Assembly: GCA_050084515.1 (NCBI GenBank)
Contig: CM114271.1
Coordinates: 46,252,001-46,316,000 of the forward strand
Direction: 5' to 3'
Origin: Blasia pusilla
Lineage: Eukaryota
Length of the DNA: 64,000 nt
The number at the start of each line of letters is the position of its first letter. The stretch's first letter is position 1. Shown in pieces: positions 40,501-54,700 of this stretch. The translations under genes and the position numbers were made by a program. The notes beneath the pieces were generated by a model that made no database searches, was not told the DNA's origin, and was given only the letters and a program-made list of their open reading frames with translations.

Positions 40501-41760
40501 TAGCAAAGCTTGTTGGGTGATGGGGCGAAGAGCAATAGGAATGCGAGTGTAGAGTCTAGGACGAGGAAGACCTGGATGGAAAGAGCGAAGGAGATCAATT
40601 TGGCTTAACTAGGTCCAAGCAGTTGTTGTGGGGAGTGCAGTAGGAGTTGGTATCGGGTTAGGGATTGAAGGCCCATGCATGGATCGACTGACCGATGATG
40701 TCTTTTGATCCCATTAGGAGCAAAGTCCTTACCACAAGGTATGCAACAAACCTTTGGTACAAATGGAGAAGTAGAAGGGTTACAAGGAGAGGAGGTGGGA
40801 GGTGCAAGAGGTGGTGATGGCCGACGATGAGGGGATAAATAGGTTGGGGAAGGAGGAGGAGGAAGAGGGGAGATTCAGGTAGAATAGATGGGAGTTGGAA
40901 GCAAGGGCATAGATGAGATATGTGGGGATGGCAAAGTAGAAGGATTTGATAATAATGGATCAGGATTAGGCTCAATAGGACAAGGCGAAGAAGGGAGAAG
41001 AGGAGAATCCGGAAGAAATGTAGCGAGTGTAATGGGTGTATTAGCATGTGGAGGAAAATGGCGAGATCGACGATGAGGAGGTGAACCAGGGGGAGAGGTT
41101 ACGGCTGTAGGAGGGCGTGTAAAACCAGATAAGCGAGTAGATGGAGAATCCAAATCCATCTTTGATGACATAGAAGTAAAGGTAGGAAAGTCTCCGAAGA
41201 CAAGAAAAGACATACGGAACGTGGTTTGGAGAAAGCATGAGGATAACAAACAAAGCAAAAGTAGTGGAGAGATGAAGATTAGGCAATACTGAATTTATGA
41301 TTGAAAGTTATTATAAGAAAAATATAAAAATTAATTGAAAAGGAAAAGTGATGGATATGGCATCGGAAGATGTGGCTCAAGAATATGAATTTCTAATGTT
41401 CTAAACATATGTAGGGGCGAAACAATAAGGTAAGGAGTTGAAAGAGCAAGGAAGACTTTTGGGAGGAATTGACCTAAAACAAACCCGTACAAAAAAATAG
41501 GCGCCTACAAAGAAGGAATAAAAAGTAGAAAACCTACTTGATATCAAAAGAACGAGCTCGTCAAGAGGATCGAAACAGGCCCAAACACGCCCAAAACCGA
41601 CATTCAAGAAGAAAGTTATGAAAGAAATTGGAAACACCGAAAAAGAGAATGTGGGGGAGGGAGTGAGCCACCCACCAATGACCGCTATGAGGGAATGAGT
41701 TCGTAATGTTGGGCCCATCCCGCATCAAAAGATCCAGAAAAGCAAGAGGAATCCGTTAAA
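37550..41760 (-). mobile_element. Near full-length CRE-like non-LTR retrotransposon (zinc finger, RT, CCHC, restriction-like endonuclease); 5' boundary approximate
   Basis: Single disrupted ORF: CIPCGKDF...IKRHH; PLAIGEVLYRL; HQFGVATPGGCE; DVANAFNSVSR; IADD; CVC..H...C; RRVD..D...K..Y; FIPFAVE. Confidence 0.9.
37750..41170 (-). pseudogene. Disrupted RT-RLE ORF of the CRE-like element
   Basis: ORF fragments 40875..41258, 40132..40506, 39328..40110, 38774..39436, 38868..39245, 38610..38858 and 37813..38871 chain through frameshifts. Confidence 0.88.
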
Positions 41761-41762
41761 CC

Positions 41763-42030
41763 GATGGTAAGCTGGTATCACTCTATAAGGAGAGCGCTAT
41801 GTTTGAAATTGTGTATAGGAATCTATGAGCACATTTAGGAGAGAAGGAGGTCCAAAGATCCCAAGAACTTTGGAAATCTCAATCTTAAGTGGAAAAAAGA
41901 AGAACCCAAAGTTCAAGTTTGAGAAGATGATCACATTGGGCCTTAAATTGAAAAGATTGGATCACCATGGAAATAGTTACAAACAAAATTCTAAACGTCC
42001 GCCATAGTCTTCCTCCATAGTCCTCCTCCT
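41763..42030. repeat. Dispersed repeat, copy of 1061-1320
   Basis: Near-identical sequence. Confidence 0.85.
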
Positions 42031-42672
42031 CCTCAAGCCCCCCTCCAAACCTCCATCCATCAAGTCAAATTCATCATACAAATGGGTGGTGCTTCCTTAA
42101 GCATGAAAGTTTTCTATTTTTAATAGTCTAGTTGAAGTTTGAGCTTGAAACAAAACCATAAACCTTGGTAGATGGACTTTCAAGGACGCGGAGAAGAGAG
42201 TTCGTTTTGTGAAGGTCTCTACATCAAAAGCACAAATGGGATAGTAAGCCTTTACATGGTGGAATTTTGTGAATGTTATTTAAGGGGGTTTGAAGGTTTT
42301 GAAACCTTTCATGGCGAGGGTTTGAGTAGGAAAGGCTTAAATCCATGATGTCAAAGGTTATCCGCAAAGGTACTCATATATAAGTAAAACACATTATATA
42401 CCCATATAACTTTCATCATAAGTCCATAATAATTGGTTGCTATGTACAATTGGGAACCTTGTAACTCTTCTCTTTTTATGATTGAGAAGTTACGTGACTC
42501 ATATTTATGCACATAATCCATCTTGAACAAATTTTTTTTACCAACATAGATAACACAATAAAATTTGAGAGTACTATAGTAAGATCTAATATGTTTGGTG
42601 TTGTCTATTGTACATGTATAATCTTGAGAATGGAATCTTCTAATCCGTGGACGATAAATCTTCTCCTCGGAT

Positions 42673-42770
42673 GATGGTACGTTATGTATAGACCATGAAC
42701 GCGTAAATATGTTAAAAAAAGATGGTACCTTATGTATGTACCATGAATGTGTAAATATGTTAAAAAAAAA
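42673..42770. repeat. 48-bp tandem duplication
   Basis: GATGGTAC.TTATGTAT..ACCATGAA...GTAAATATGTTAAAAAAA occurs twice. Confidence 0.85.
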
Positions 42771-45700
42771 CCAAAATTTCAAATTCCATAGATAAAAGTG
42801 TGTGAAAAAAAAATCTCCATTGTCTTAGTACACATTTGGATCCAAAAACATCAAGTTTGCTTCAATTCAATGGTGCCCTAAGATGATTTCCATGACATAC
42901 TTGAGATAAACATGATTCCAATGTCATATCAATGTTAGCCAAAGAAGGTAAGGTACTAATTTTGGATGAAAGAGTTGCTCCCACATGTCTTTCCATGCAT
43001 ACATACATATCTATTTTAAATGTATTTTTCCAAAAAAGTAATTCAAATACTCGTGATGGATTTGGGCTTAAAACTTTCCAACGAACCAATTTCGGTATAG
43101 CTGAGACTTTGAGAACATAATGTGTATGAGTGTTACATTAAAATATGCTATATTAACGTACATTTCATGCTATGCCATCTCACAAAATTTGCCTCAAACG
43201 TATATTCCGAACGCAATTTCGACCAATACAAGATTGCAATGTATATGCAGATTTTCAGATTTTAAAATTTAATTACACCAGTTCAAAATAATGATGAAGA
43301 ATTCAAAATACCCATCGTTTGTAGCATCCACTAGTAGTCTCTTAATGATATACATGATCCTACGCATTCGAGCAGGAAGTAGTTTCCCGATGAGAAGAAG
43401 AGAACAAGTGCCCATTCCATGTGTGTTATTACAACCCACTCGACCCAAACCATCTGTTTCTCATACACCATTTTATACGTAGGAGTAAACCGTAAGCGTA
43501 TTGGTTGTTGCGGTCGTGGGTGCTGGAAACCATTTCTGTTAGGGCAGGCGATCCTCGGAGGAAAAAGCAGCAGTAGGTCTACACCGGTCTATTGGCGATC
43601 CTTGCGAGCCATGAAAAGGAAGACAAAAAAAGTAGGCCTACGTACTACGTAGTTCCACATATCCAAAGCGAAAGGTGGAATCATGGCGTCAAACGCCGTC
43701 GAGTGAGTGGCAGCCAGGGGGATACCGTCGAGCACGAAGGTAGCGCAGGAAATCCTCGCTCGCGGCTCGCGATATCGACGTGTTGAAGTCCAAGGGGGAG
43801 CAGCTAGCACATGACAGAGAAGCAGTCGCACATGTGCCGGGGAACACTAGGGTTAGTTCCTAGAGCATAGAGATATCCAGTTACAGTGAGCGCAAGCAAT
43901 GACGGTCCCGTTGGTATGGGGGAACGGGGCGGCAAGAGGGGAGAACACTGGACATTTCCGGCATTACTTTTCTCCCGGAACATGTGCAACAGCCCAGTCC
44001 CTCCGTAGCATGGAATCTGCGGCACAAGGATGTCCCTTGTCTCTCTGTCCAAAAGCCACTATTCTACGAGGAAAGTCACTGGTCACGAAACGAGAATGTG
44101 GTCCGTTTCGTCCCCCTCACCCGTTCCACTTCCTCGCCTTCATTACGGCCCTTTCTTTAAACCCGTCCTATAAATAGGTCACCCCCGTCGTGGCGTGCGA
44201 CTTCCTTTGTTTTTCTTGCATGCAGCCGGCTGTTCTTGTACCGAGCGACCGCGCTGTTGAGCCGCGGGACCCGAGGTAACTCCGGAGTGGGTTACTCTGA
44301 CCACATCCGTTGATCGCTCACGATTGAACGAAGCAGGCCCTGCCAGCAGCTCGACTCTGGCGAGACTCCAAACCTCCGTAAACCCGGGAGGGAAAACCCG
44401 ATGCTTAGACCGTCACTGGATGAAATTAATCTCCTCGTTCTGTACCGTCGATTCGCCCTTTTAGAGATCCGTTTCGCTGACACTGGACCGACGGCCCCAC
44501 CGAGGATTTCGACTCCGTCGTCTCCGATAGGCATCCTCCCGGTTATCGGGAACTGCCTTACTGCGACCGCGGGAGAAACAAAGTTCTCCGAGAGAAATGT
44601 CAAAATCTGCACTTCCCGATGGTTTTCTTTCAAACCAAAACAAACTGAGGGGAAAAATGAACTAAATTAAAAATTAAAAATTCATAAATATATTATTAGA
44701 TAAAAAATTCAACCCGAGCCCTGTTCCCGACGGTAAGTTGAGATGGCATGTAGCTTCCCGACGGATAGCAGCTTTTGCGTATACTTTCCGCGTAGAGCTA
44801 ATAGCATACTGTTTAATAATATTGCCGTTAAATCTTCGCTAATTTAATGTGAGGGAATTGTTCGTAGAGAAAAATATTAACTCTCGGTCGTAAACAATTA
44901 GAAGCGGCTAAGTAAACGTTATTGGTGGAAGAAACGCGAGGGGAAAATCACGATAAGGACGGAAAATTTTCGATTATAAAATCAAAGCAATCTTAAAGTT
45001 TGAGAAACAAATGAGAACTTTATGTACTTATGTTACGTGATCCTCCATTATCATCCGATTCTATGGGAATCGCCCGTTGGAAGACAAGTGGGAGTGCCAA
45101 ATTTGAATTAGGCATGGCAAACACTCGTACCGACATGGGTCCCACATGTCGGTGAGAGTAATATGAGGACACTCCATGGGTAGAATCATCTGGTTTAAAT
45201 ATTACGGCCACTCAAATTCGAATGGGCATACACCCTATAAAAAGCAGACGGTTGTGAGGGTTGAGTTGTAAATATTTTTCAAATTGTATGGATGAATAAT
45301 GGGAAATGAATTTTGATTGGAGTCTTAAAATTTAAATAAAATCTACTCCTCCATTAAATTTTTATTTCTTCTTTCCATCAAATATGAATTGGTTTATTTC
45401 TCATGATGATAACATTTTTAAATATTTATAATCATCAATTATAATATTAAATTAATTAATGCATCAAATCCCTATTTGTTTTCTTTGTTCGGTTTCTAAT
45501 CGGGCTAAGGCAACAACATCGAAGGATGTTGTCTATTTTGTCTTATTGTCCCGCTATCTTTTCCTAGTATGCATATGTGGTCGTAAATTGTTGTATAGAT
45601 ATGGGTCTCCATGCTATTGCGGCACCCGAGATAAATTATCTACCAAGATATTGTAAGGAGAAACAAATATGAATAAATGGAGATAGAAACTCATCAGAAA

Positions 45701-46698
45701 TTACAAAATGACCACTCAAATAAGAACACTCTTGGGGCAAAGGAAAAGGGGGCTCCCCTACAAACTAAACTCACCAATAGTATAAATAATATCAACTACA
45801 TCTGAAAAAAATGACTATCATCAAGAGAGTCTTTAGTGGTGACGTATTCCATAGCATGGCATGAATCCACCTCAAACGCCCATTTGCTTGGGCACGTTAC
45901 AAAACTACGAAGAGTCTTTTCTTGCAATAAAGGAGCACAATAGCTAAAGACAACTTATTTGTGTGAGGAATGAGTCAAATCTCTCTCTCCCTCCCTCCCC
46001 ATGGCCTTGTACATCGATCTCCTTCATGAAAACGAATATATAGTTGGGTCTTTTTTGCTATCGCCACTTCTATTAGCAATCTCCCTTGTGCCATTACGCG
46101 TGCCCAAAAAAACTCTAACATAGAGTCATAATTATAACATCGTCCACCACCACCACCTTAGCCTCCATTATAATGTAAAGATAAACACAAATAAGGGAAT
46201 CCCACATAGAGTAGTATCACTCTCTTTGCATCTCAAAGCCACTCTCGCGAGCAATTCACAGTATTTTTAGTGGAAATCCTTTCTCTCCCAACATAATAGC
46301 ATGACAAATGCATTCCATGTGAATCCATGCTACGCCGTTACTCACGATGTGGTGATCCAACCGCGTATGGTAGGGGGAGGCCCTTTGTAACTAATTTTAT
46401 TGGAATGCAAGAAGCATGTGAATTCCTTCAAATGTGGTTTGAAATATTATATGAATGTTGTACAAAAAATTTATATGATCTTATAACTCTTTGGGCTACC
46501 AAATGACTACTACTTGGGACTCACAGAAAACCACTTCTTCAATTTGCTGTTTTGCGACGATTTTGTACTTCCTCTGCAAGTGATTTTTTCCAACCTATCC
46601 GTGTTTGTATAGTATCGAAAGTACTTGCAAATGACTCACAAATCTATGAGTCAAATGTAAGCACCATGCAACTATAACTACAAATAACTTGCAAAACA

Positions 46699-46973
46699 AG
46701 TCTCTCATTGTCAAATTTAAATTTATCTACCTAAGGTCCATGAATGTCATTAAAATTTAACAATGGGAGACTTCTTTTGCGAGTGAACTAAAAAATGGAA
46801 CTTTTTAGTCGTGTTGTCATTGCGACAGACTTGCGAATTTGCTATTCTAGAGAGTTTGTCTTGTGACTATATTGCGGATTTTGTGACTTGCAAACTTGCT
46901 CTAACCGTAGTAGTGGAAGGGCCCTGTCTCTGCCTGAAAGTCTCTAATTGTCAAATTTTAATGACATTCATGG
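46699..46973. repeat. Inverted-repeat (foldback) DNA transposon relic
   Basis: 46738-46772 is the reverse complement of 46939-46973 (32/35 match); a third partial copy lies at 46699-46720; GTAGTAGTG near 46907 resembles a CACTA end. Confidence 0.5.
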
Positions 46974-48648
46974 TCAACACGAATTAAAAAAATAGATATT
47001 TTCCCATCAAAATGACAACAAATGTTATTAGAGTGTCCTACTTCATGTTTCTAAACCTCATCCTTATATCAAAACTCTAATTCATGCTCCCCCTTATATA
47101 TTTAGAAACCATTTATCCTACCTCCCTCTTTAGGGGAAAATTATTATTCTCTCTTCGTTCGAAAACAAAATCCTCATCCCCTTCTTCATTATGTGGCGAA
47201 AAAATACACCTACAACTCCTCATTAAGAAATTAGAAAGAAATGCCCACTCTTCCCATGTTCCTATCTCTACTTAAAAAATCCCACTATCTTCTAGTAATT
47301 TATGTTATGATTTGATCGATTTTAGAAATCTAAATGGAAACTCTTTTGTATTTTAATCATATGTGTACTATGTACATGTGTCCTTTTTTGAATCTACGCC
47401 TTGAAAATCACAACCAAATTTTATAAAGGAATAATGTGGACAATGATCTCCCTCCCCGACATTTGATAATTGAATTATCAGAGTTTCCAAATTTAATCCT
47501 GAAAATACTGCTATTTGCGTTATTTATGTTGAGAACCTATGAATGAAGGCCATGTGACACGTGCCAAGTGTCTTGAATTTTTTCTTCTTTTCCCCTACTT
47601 AAGTAAAAAGTAGAATGAGTCAAAAAGGTTTTAATAAAAAAATATAAATAAAAATCTCCCAATCTTCATGAAATGTTAGTAAGTCTCCCTTATATTCATT
47701 ACCTTTTCCCATAAAAAAAGTCAATATTATTTGTTTAAAGGTTGAAGAAAGAAAGCTTTAATTTTTATGCACACACTTTAGTTTGGAGAAAAAATTAAGC
47801 ACTATTTTGGGAAAAATCTAAAATTTCTATAAAAAAATGACGGAACAAGAACTATTCTTGAAAATGGTGAAATTAATTTTAATTTCTAGAATTTTTTTAA
47901 AATTTCAAATTTAGTTAGAAAGAAAATTTAAATTATAAATAATTGACGAGAAGAGTGATTTTGTTTTTCTTAATGGAGAGATGGGGTTGGAAAAGAAAAT
48001 GGATAGTTTTCAGTAAATAATAATTTTGAATTTTTTTAGAAAATAGGTTTAATTATTAATTAAAAAATTCCTCATGGTTATTTGATTCGATACTTTTTAG
48101 TATTAAAACTTAAATTAATGACTTCTCCACAGATTAGTTTGTAAGGTTATTATTTCCTTAAAATTAGAATATTATTAGTTAGATTAAAAAAATTATATTA
48201 TTACTAACATTTTTATTTTCACATTTATATTATTATTGGATTTGTTATATATTTGACATGATACAATGGACCGATAAAAAATACTTCCATCCTACGGAAA
48301 ATTTATTTATTTATTTCCTCGAAAAATAAATAAGATTTATGTATAATATGGTTAATCCCTTCAGTCGCTGGGACTAGTAAGCACGACCATAATTTTGGAG
48401 GCATGGCTAAAATGGATGGGGTGTCTCCGGACTATGGACTCGGTACCGATATAAAATAAACGAACTCAAAGATGACGATACGTGACGCTCACAACAAAAA
48501 ATCATGGGTTGACTAGTGTGGAAGCAAACCCAACACATGATGAAATGGAACCTTCACTAAAATTCATCGTAGTAGAACATTGGTAGAAACAGGAAAACTT
48601 AACATTTGAGTGTGTAACAATTGTAGAAGACGTAGACGAATTCAGGGA

Positions 48649-48888
48649 CCCGTCCCCGTCCCCGTCCCCGTCCCCGTCCCCGTCCCCAGTCCTCTCCCTC
48701 GCGCCCGTACTCCGCGATGCGTGCTGGCATCGGCAAATGCGAAGAGTGAGCGCGCATTCCGTAATATTTGCGAGCTGTGCTCCGTTCGCCACTTTCGCTT
48801 TCTCAAAGATCTCCTGATCAACGCGGACGGAGTGGAGTGGAGGGGAGCGGAAGGGAAGGGAAGGGAAGGGAAGGGAAGGGAAGGGAAG
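48649..48888. repeat. (CCCGTC)n and (GGGAA)n simple repeats, probably at the start of the FPP transcript leader
   Basis: Direct inspection; they mark the switch from AT-rich intergenic DNA to CpG-rich genic sequence. Confidence 0.7.
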
Positions 48889-51774
48889 GAGGAATTACCT
48901 GGCACATCGCGCTTTTCACTCCAGCCAAGGGAGGAGAGGCGAGGTCCTGATCGGCAGCCTGTAATTGATATTTTGGCGACATTTCTTCTCCGGGGGATTT
49001 TAAACGCTTTATCTTTTGGGAAGTGGTGTTAGGAAGGGGTGAGATGCTCGTTGTGTCACCTGATCGGGGAGGGTGACGAACTAAAAGTTGAACGTGTCCG
49101 AGGGAGGCACGAGTTCGGGGATTGTGCACTTGTTCCTTCGTCGCTCGGGCGGTGGTTGGAGCGAGTGTTGAGTGCAGTGCAGTGCATTCCTTATTTGCGC
49201 TTCATGGTGTGTATGACAACTCATCGGTTGGAGACGAGGTATACCGCGGACGAGGAGCCCACGCCTTAAGCACTGTGTACTGCTCGCGGCGGAGCAATCT
49301 GGTGGCCCTGCCTGCCGCATTTGGAAGAAGGGCGTGGTTGGGTCATTCGCGTCTAGAGTTCTACTGTGTCTGATGGTTTCCTGTAGGATTTCCATCCGGG
49401 GGCTAGGAAAGCGATCGTCCTGTATAGGCATTTTCCTGATTCCCCGAGCGTTGCAATCCCAGCCATAAGTATTCCTCTGCAACTCCAACGTCTGGTTTTC
49501 TTTCTGCTCTCGCCGCAGGGTGCAATGCGGATCATCATCTTAGTTTTCTGAGGCAGTCTCTCCCAGTGGGAGATTTCCGCCTTTCTCCTTGCCGAGGGTT
49601 GTCTTATCCGCAAGTCGATTTTAGTGATCTCGTTTACGCTTCTCATTCACTAGGCTGTCACACTTGTAGAGAGTGGAGTGATGCTGTGAATCTTAAAGGC
49701 GAAATTTCAAGTGCGCCTCTCACTTCGGTCGTCGAGCTCGGAGGAGCTACTGTAGCTGTCTACATTAGCCATAAAGCCTAAGACTTCCATCGCATCTGTA
49801 GTTGTGTATGCCCGTGTTTCAGCTTGATTGAAGATTGGCGAAACCGGCAGATGCGAGCTCTTCTTCGAGCACTGTGCAACGGTTCTCATTGCGACGCAGC
49901 CGGTCGACGTTCGACTTCTCTATTGTCGCCGATTCACTCCGACAGAGTGTCACGGGACCTTATACTTTGGACTGAGCTGCGAGTCATGATGCTCGGACGA
50001 CGGGAAATTATGCGGGTTGACGGAAATATGAGGAGGATGTGCGAGAGCTGTGATCGAAGACGATGTGTACAGGTAGGTCTGTCCTGTCCCTGAGCAAGTC
50101 TCGTCAGTCATCAGAATGGCAATGGAAAGGAACATGTAGGCACCGCAGACGCTTGGCAATGACGGGTACAAGTTCGAGAACAAGGAATTTGGCGCAGTGC
50201 ACTCGTCCTCCTTCCAAGTCATGGCGTCAGTTCTCGCCTGTTTTTCCCATCGGCGCTGCTGCCAGTGCTTCGGTCTTTCGACAGGAGAGTGCGTCATGGC
50301 TTAGGACATGTCGCCACCGTAACCAATCATGTCGCCGCGCGAAAGCTGACAGCTCAACGCATGTGCACCGAGCTTCAGTGTCTTTCAACCGAATGCTTAC
50401 ACGTTAGTTGTGGCGATCAGATCTACAATTGCACTCACTTTGTCGTGATATCCGATGGTGATATGGACATCTGGGATCAACGTGCTGGAAAAGATCAGCA
50501 ACGAACGCCGGGCGTTCTTGGAAGAGTTTCCAATTGGCGGGATAGTCCTACAGCGATGTTTGCTGATTGCAGTTCCTCGTCGCATCCATGTTTCATCAGC
50601 TCCCTCCGTGGATTACCTGGGAGATTACCTCACCTCAAGGCTACCTGGAAGTACTCCCAGGACATGCTTTTGGTCCGTGATCAAACCGTTGCACTCCTGT
50701 TTTCACGGGAGGTGGCATTACTCCGCGGAGCTTTAGAAGTGGAGTTGCGCAGCTCCCACCCGCACTTGCGTCGGATGGCTTTGAATATGAACTCCCGCAT
50801 GTCACAGAGCGAAGCATGCCTTCTGTACGTTGCGAAATGCCTATGACAAGTACGCGTAGGTAATGGCTTGAAGAGACGGCTGTGTCGTACACATGTCTTT
50901 CATCAGGAATGGTAACCTGACGACGGCCGGATCTGTCATGTACCTTATCGTAGAAGGTCTCTGCAGCGATGACTGAGTCCGGCGTCTGCCTCAATTAGCG
51001 GTCTCGTGTCATGGTTTCGCCCCTAAACGCTGTCCTTTCGAAACTGCTACCGCAGATGATGGCAAAGCTAGAGAAACTGGATCTATCCCGTAGTCGATAC
51101 TTGTCATCCTCAGGGATGGTCGTGAGTTATTCAGGTGTCATCTCTAGATCTGCCGTTGTAACTCTGGAACAGATTTGCCTCGCGATTTCGGATGTTTTTC
51201 TGCAGGTCTCTGGATAGAAGGTCGAGGTCGGAATCCTCCTCTGTGTCAGCAAAGGCTTCATGTCCTCATAACGCAGAGCCTGCGAACATTGTCCAGTCTT
51301 CCTGTCACTCGTGCTCATGGGAGTTGTGGATTGTAACGCAATGTGCTGCGTATTTGCAGGGACTTCCTTCTTGAGCTTATTCTGAAAATCAAGCAAGGTT
51401 CTTGAGGTATAGCTATTCCTTTGTCACCATGAATCAGTTCCTCGGTAGGGGTGTCAGCGAGGGATCCGATTGGGTCGAATCTGCTAGTTTCATGCTGTCA
51501 GAGAGATGGATTCGATCGTCTTGTTGCATCTGTCATAAGTCTAGCCCGTTTACTTCATACTTTTGAGATCTAGAACAGATTGCCTTCCTTCAGCGGATAG
51601 TCAACGCAGCTGGTAGCTAGCATTGTTGGTATAAGTGATGCGAGCAGCGTTTTAACGTCGATGTGTATTGAAATTATCTGGAGTCAGCGATGCGTCAACA
51701 TTTGGTTTGATCCATCGTCGGCTTTGCTTCTTTTTACAGAGATCGAGCACGGACTGAAGGAGTGAGTTAAAGTC

Positions 51775-54700
51775 ATGGCCGAATCAAAGCGCAGCTGGCC
51801 ATGGAAGAAGAAATCACAGGAAAAAGTCGCGTCTGCTCCCGATTCGACCGAGTCTTCGCCTCGACCTTCTCCTCACTCATCTAAGTTCTTCGACGAGCAG
51901 GTTTGTTTGGCATCTTGACAGTTTCTGTAGATGTACTCACAACAAGGTCTTACAACTTCCGCAAAAGAAATACGGATTCTTGTCCATAGGGCTACCTCGC
52001 AATCTGTTTGGAAGTTGGAGTATTATTCATCGTTCCAGAAGCGCGTGTCTTATCTAAAATATTTAAATCTTGCAGTGGTGGCATCGACGAGTTTTCGTCC
52101 CAGTGAATGAACATTAATTTTATCAGTTGCCATAAGGAACCACTGATCCAAATATCTGACCTTCACTGAATTACGGTTGTGGATCAGGATGTGTCGAAAG
52201 TCGTAGCAGATCACACTCGTTCCTCCAGTGACGCTCTGGGACAATGGCAACAATCCGAGGCCAAACTTAAGAGCTTGAGCGACAAGTTATCAGTTGCCAT
52301 ATCCGAAATAACAGCGAAGGATAGTCTCGTCAAGCAGCATGCCAAGGTTGCCGACGAAGCAGTCACTGGTGAGATCTCCGTCATCTATAATGTCCAGAAT
52401 TCGGGCCTTTTTTCACTGCTGATGTGATGGCAGCGCCTGTGTATCTGTTAGGCACTAATTGGTGAACCTGTGCTGATCTTGAAGCTGCCTACTCTTCCAG
52501 CTTAAGCTTGTAAACCGTGACAATTAGCAGCGAGATGAGTGGTTTGTTTCACCATGTCTACCGACTTATTGCCCTGTAATTCGATCATACCAATATGAGG
52601 AGAGAGGGTTGTAATTCTCGATCATAGAATTTTGGAACTTACCTGGAGTGAACTCCAACTTGAGAGTTGGGGACAGTATGTCTTGGCGTCTGGTTCAGAT
52701 TCTAGATTTGAACTATTTCAGCCTGTTTTTCCTTCTCTCCTAACGTGAACCGTTGAAGTCGTCATACTCATTCATTCCGAAACTGATGAAGAGTTTCATG
52801 TTCTCTTGAAACAAAGGAATCTTGTAGAAAGTATCGATCATGACCTCGCCCGAGTGCAAGAGCAAATACATTTTTTTAGTGAAATTGTGACCTTGTTTGA
52901 TACAAGTAAAATTTTATGCTGAAGTGGCAAGTGAGATGTTCCTGATCATTTGAGCTCTCTGGAGTCAGGTTGGGAGAAGGCAGAAGCTGAGGCAGCTGCT
53001 CTGAAACAACAACTGGATGTGACAATTCAGCAAAAGTTGGCTACTGAGGACCGAGTCTCTCATCTGGATGGAGCTCTGAAAGAGTGCATGAAGCAACTCA
53101 GGCATGTACGAGAGGAACAGGAGCAAAAGATCCATGAAACGATGGTGAAGAAGACTCGAGAGTACGATAAGCTTCGTCAAGAGATGGAACTGAAACTGTC
53201 CGAGGTCAGCCAGCAATTGCAAGAAGCTCGTTCAGAGGGACTGGAGTCGCGAGGTGAGGCTCGTGCTATGGCGAATGTTCTTCAAGAGAAGACCAAAGCT
53301 TTATCCGAGATTGGCGAGGCGAAAGCACGGGCTGAGGCAGAAGTTAAGATTCTTCAAGTTCGGCTAGACTCACTTGAAAAGGAGAATTCGACATTAAAAT
53401 ACGAATTGCATGTGCTGAACAAGGAGCTCGAGATCCGAAATGAGGAGAGGGAATATGAGAGAAAAGCAACCGATATAGCCAGTAAGCAGCACTTGGAGAA
53501 CGTGAAGAAGATTGCAAAACTGGAGGCAGAGTGCCAAAGGTTGAGGATTCTGGTTCGGAAGAAACTTCCCGGTCCTGCTGCTCTGGCGCAAATGAAGCAG
53601 GAAGTAGATGCGCTTGGAGGTAACAAGGAGTTCGACAGTAAGAGAAGGAGATCTTTGGGTAGAAGTGTCACCTTAAGAGATTCCGATTCTACCAATGAAA
53701 GTCACCATGACAACTTCGCAGATGGTGTCGGAAACAGGGAAGCAGAACTGTTCGCTGAAAGGATGGTGGCGATGGACGATGAACTGAAACTGTTGAAGGA
53801 AGCTCTGGCAAAACGGGACGTGGAACTGCAGGCCTCACGTCTTATGTGTGCAAAGACGGCAAGCAAGCTCTCTCTCGTGGAGGAGCAACTGGAAGCTGCC
53901 GGGAGGAGTGGGAAGTTGAACACTCTGCACATTTCTTCTCAAAGAGACGGTTCAAGAAATGGTGGACTCAAAGATGGCAGTGAGTGCAACTCCGTCGATG
54001 CTTGGGAGGCAGCCTCTGCTTTGGTCGCGGAACTTGACCAATTCAAGAAGGGATCGGACAAGGGGCTTCAATCTACCAAGCTGGATCTCATGGATGACTT
54101 CGCCGAGATGGAAAAATTGGCTATGTCTTCGGAGAAAGCCGAGAAAGAAGTCAACTGTGGGGCAAGGGAAGTGAATTCGGAATTGAAGGAGAAACTTTCT
54201 GCGAAGGAAAGAGAACTGGAAGCAGCCAGTAGCTTGTGTCAAGAATTGAGCCAGAAGCTTGCCAATGCAGAAGCCCACCTCGTTGCTGTTCAAGCTCGAA
54301 ATGGCGCCAACGAATCAGCTTTAATCAGGCTTCAAGAGAAACTAGACACCCTCAGTGAAACAAACAACGAGGAGGGTGCTAACATCACAAAGGCTTTGGA
54401 AGAGCTTGTCGAAGCCCAGTCCATCTCTTTGAGAAATGGGGTCGCTAACGAATCGGCGGCTCTTTATGAACTTGAAGAGGGAAGTCAGAATGGCACACGG
54501 CTGACAAATGGACGCAGGACTCCGATGGGATCGCATAGTTCATCTGAAGTGGGATATGAAGCGAATGAAGACCTTGCTTCTGTGCTGTCTGATGCGGAGT
54601 CCAAGGCCAGTACCATGGGGTCTGACATGCTGACCACTCTCCGCAGAGTGGTACGAGCTGTTGAAGCTTTAGCACAGGCAACTGGTTCAGAACATGAGGT

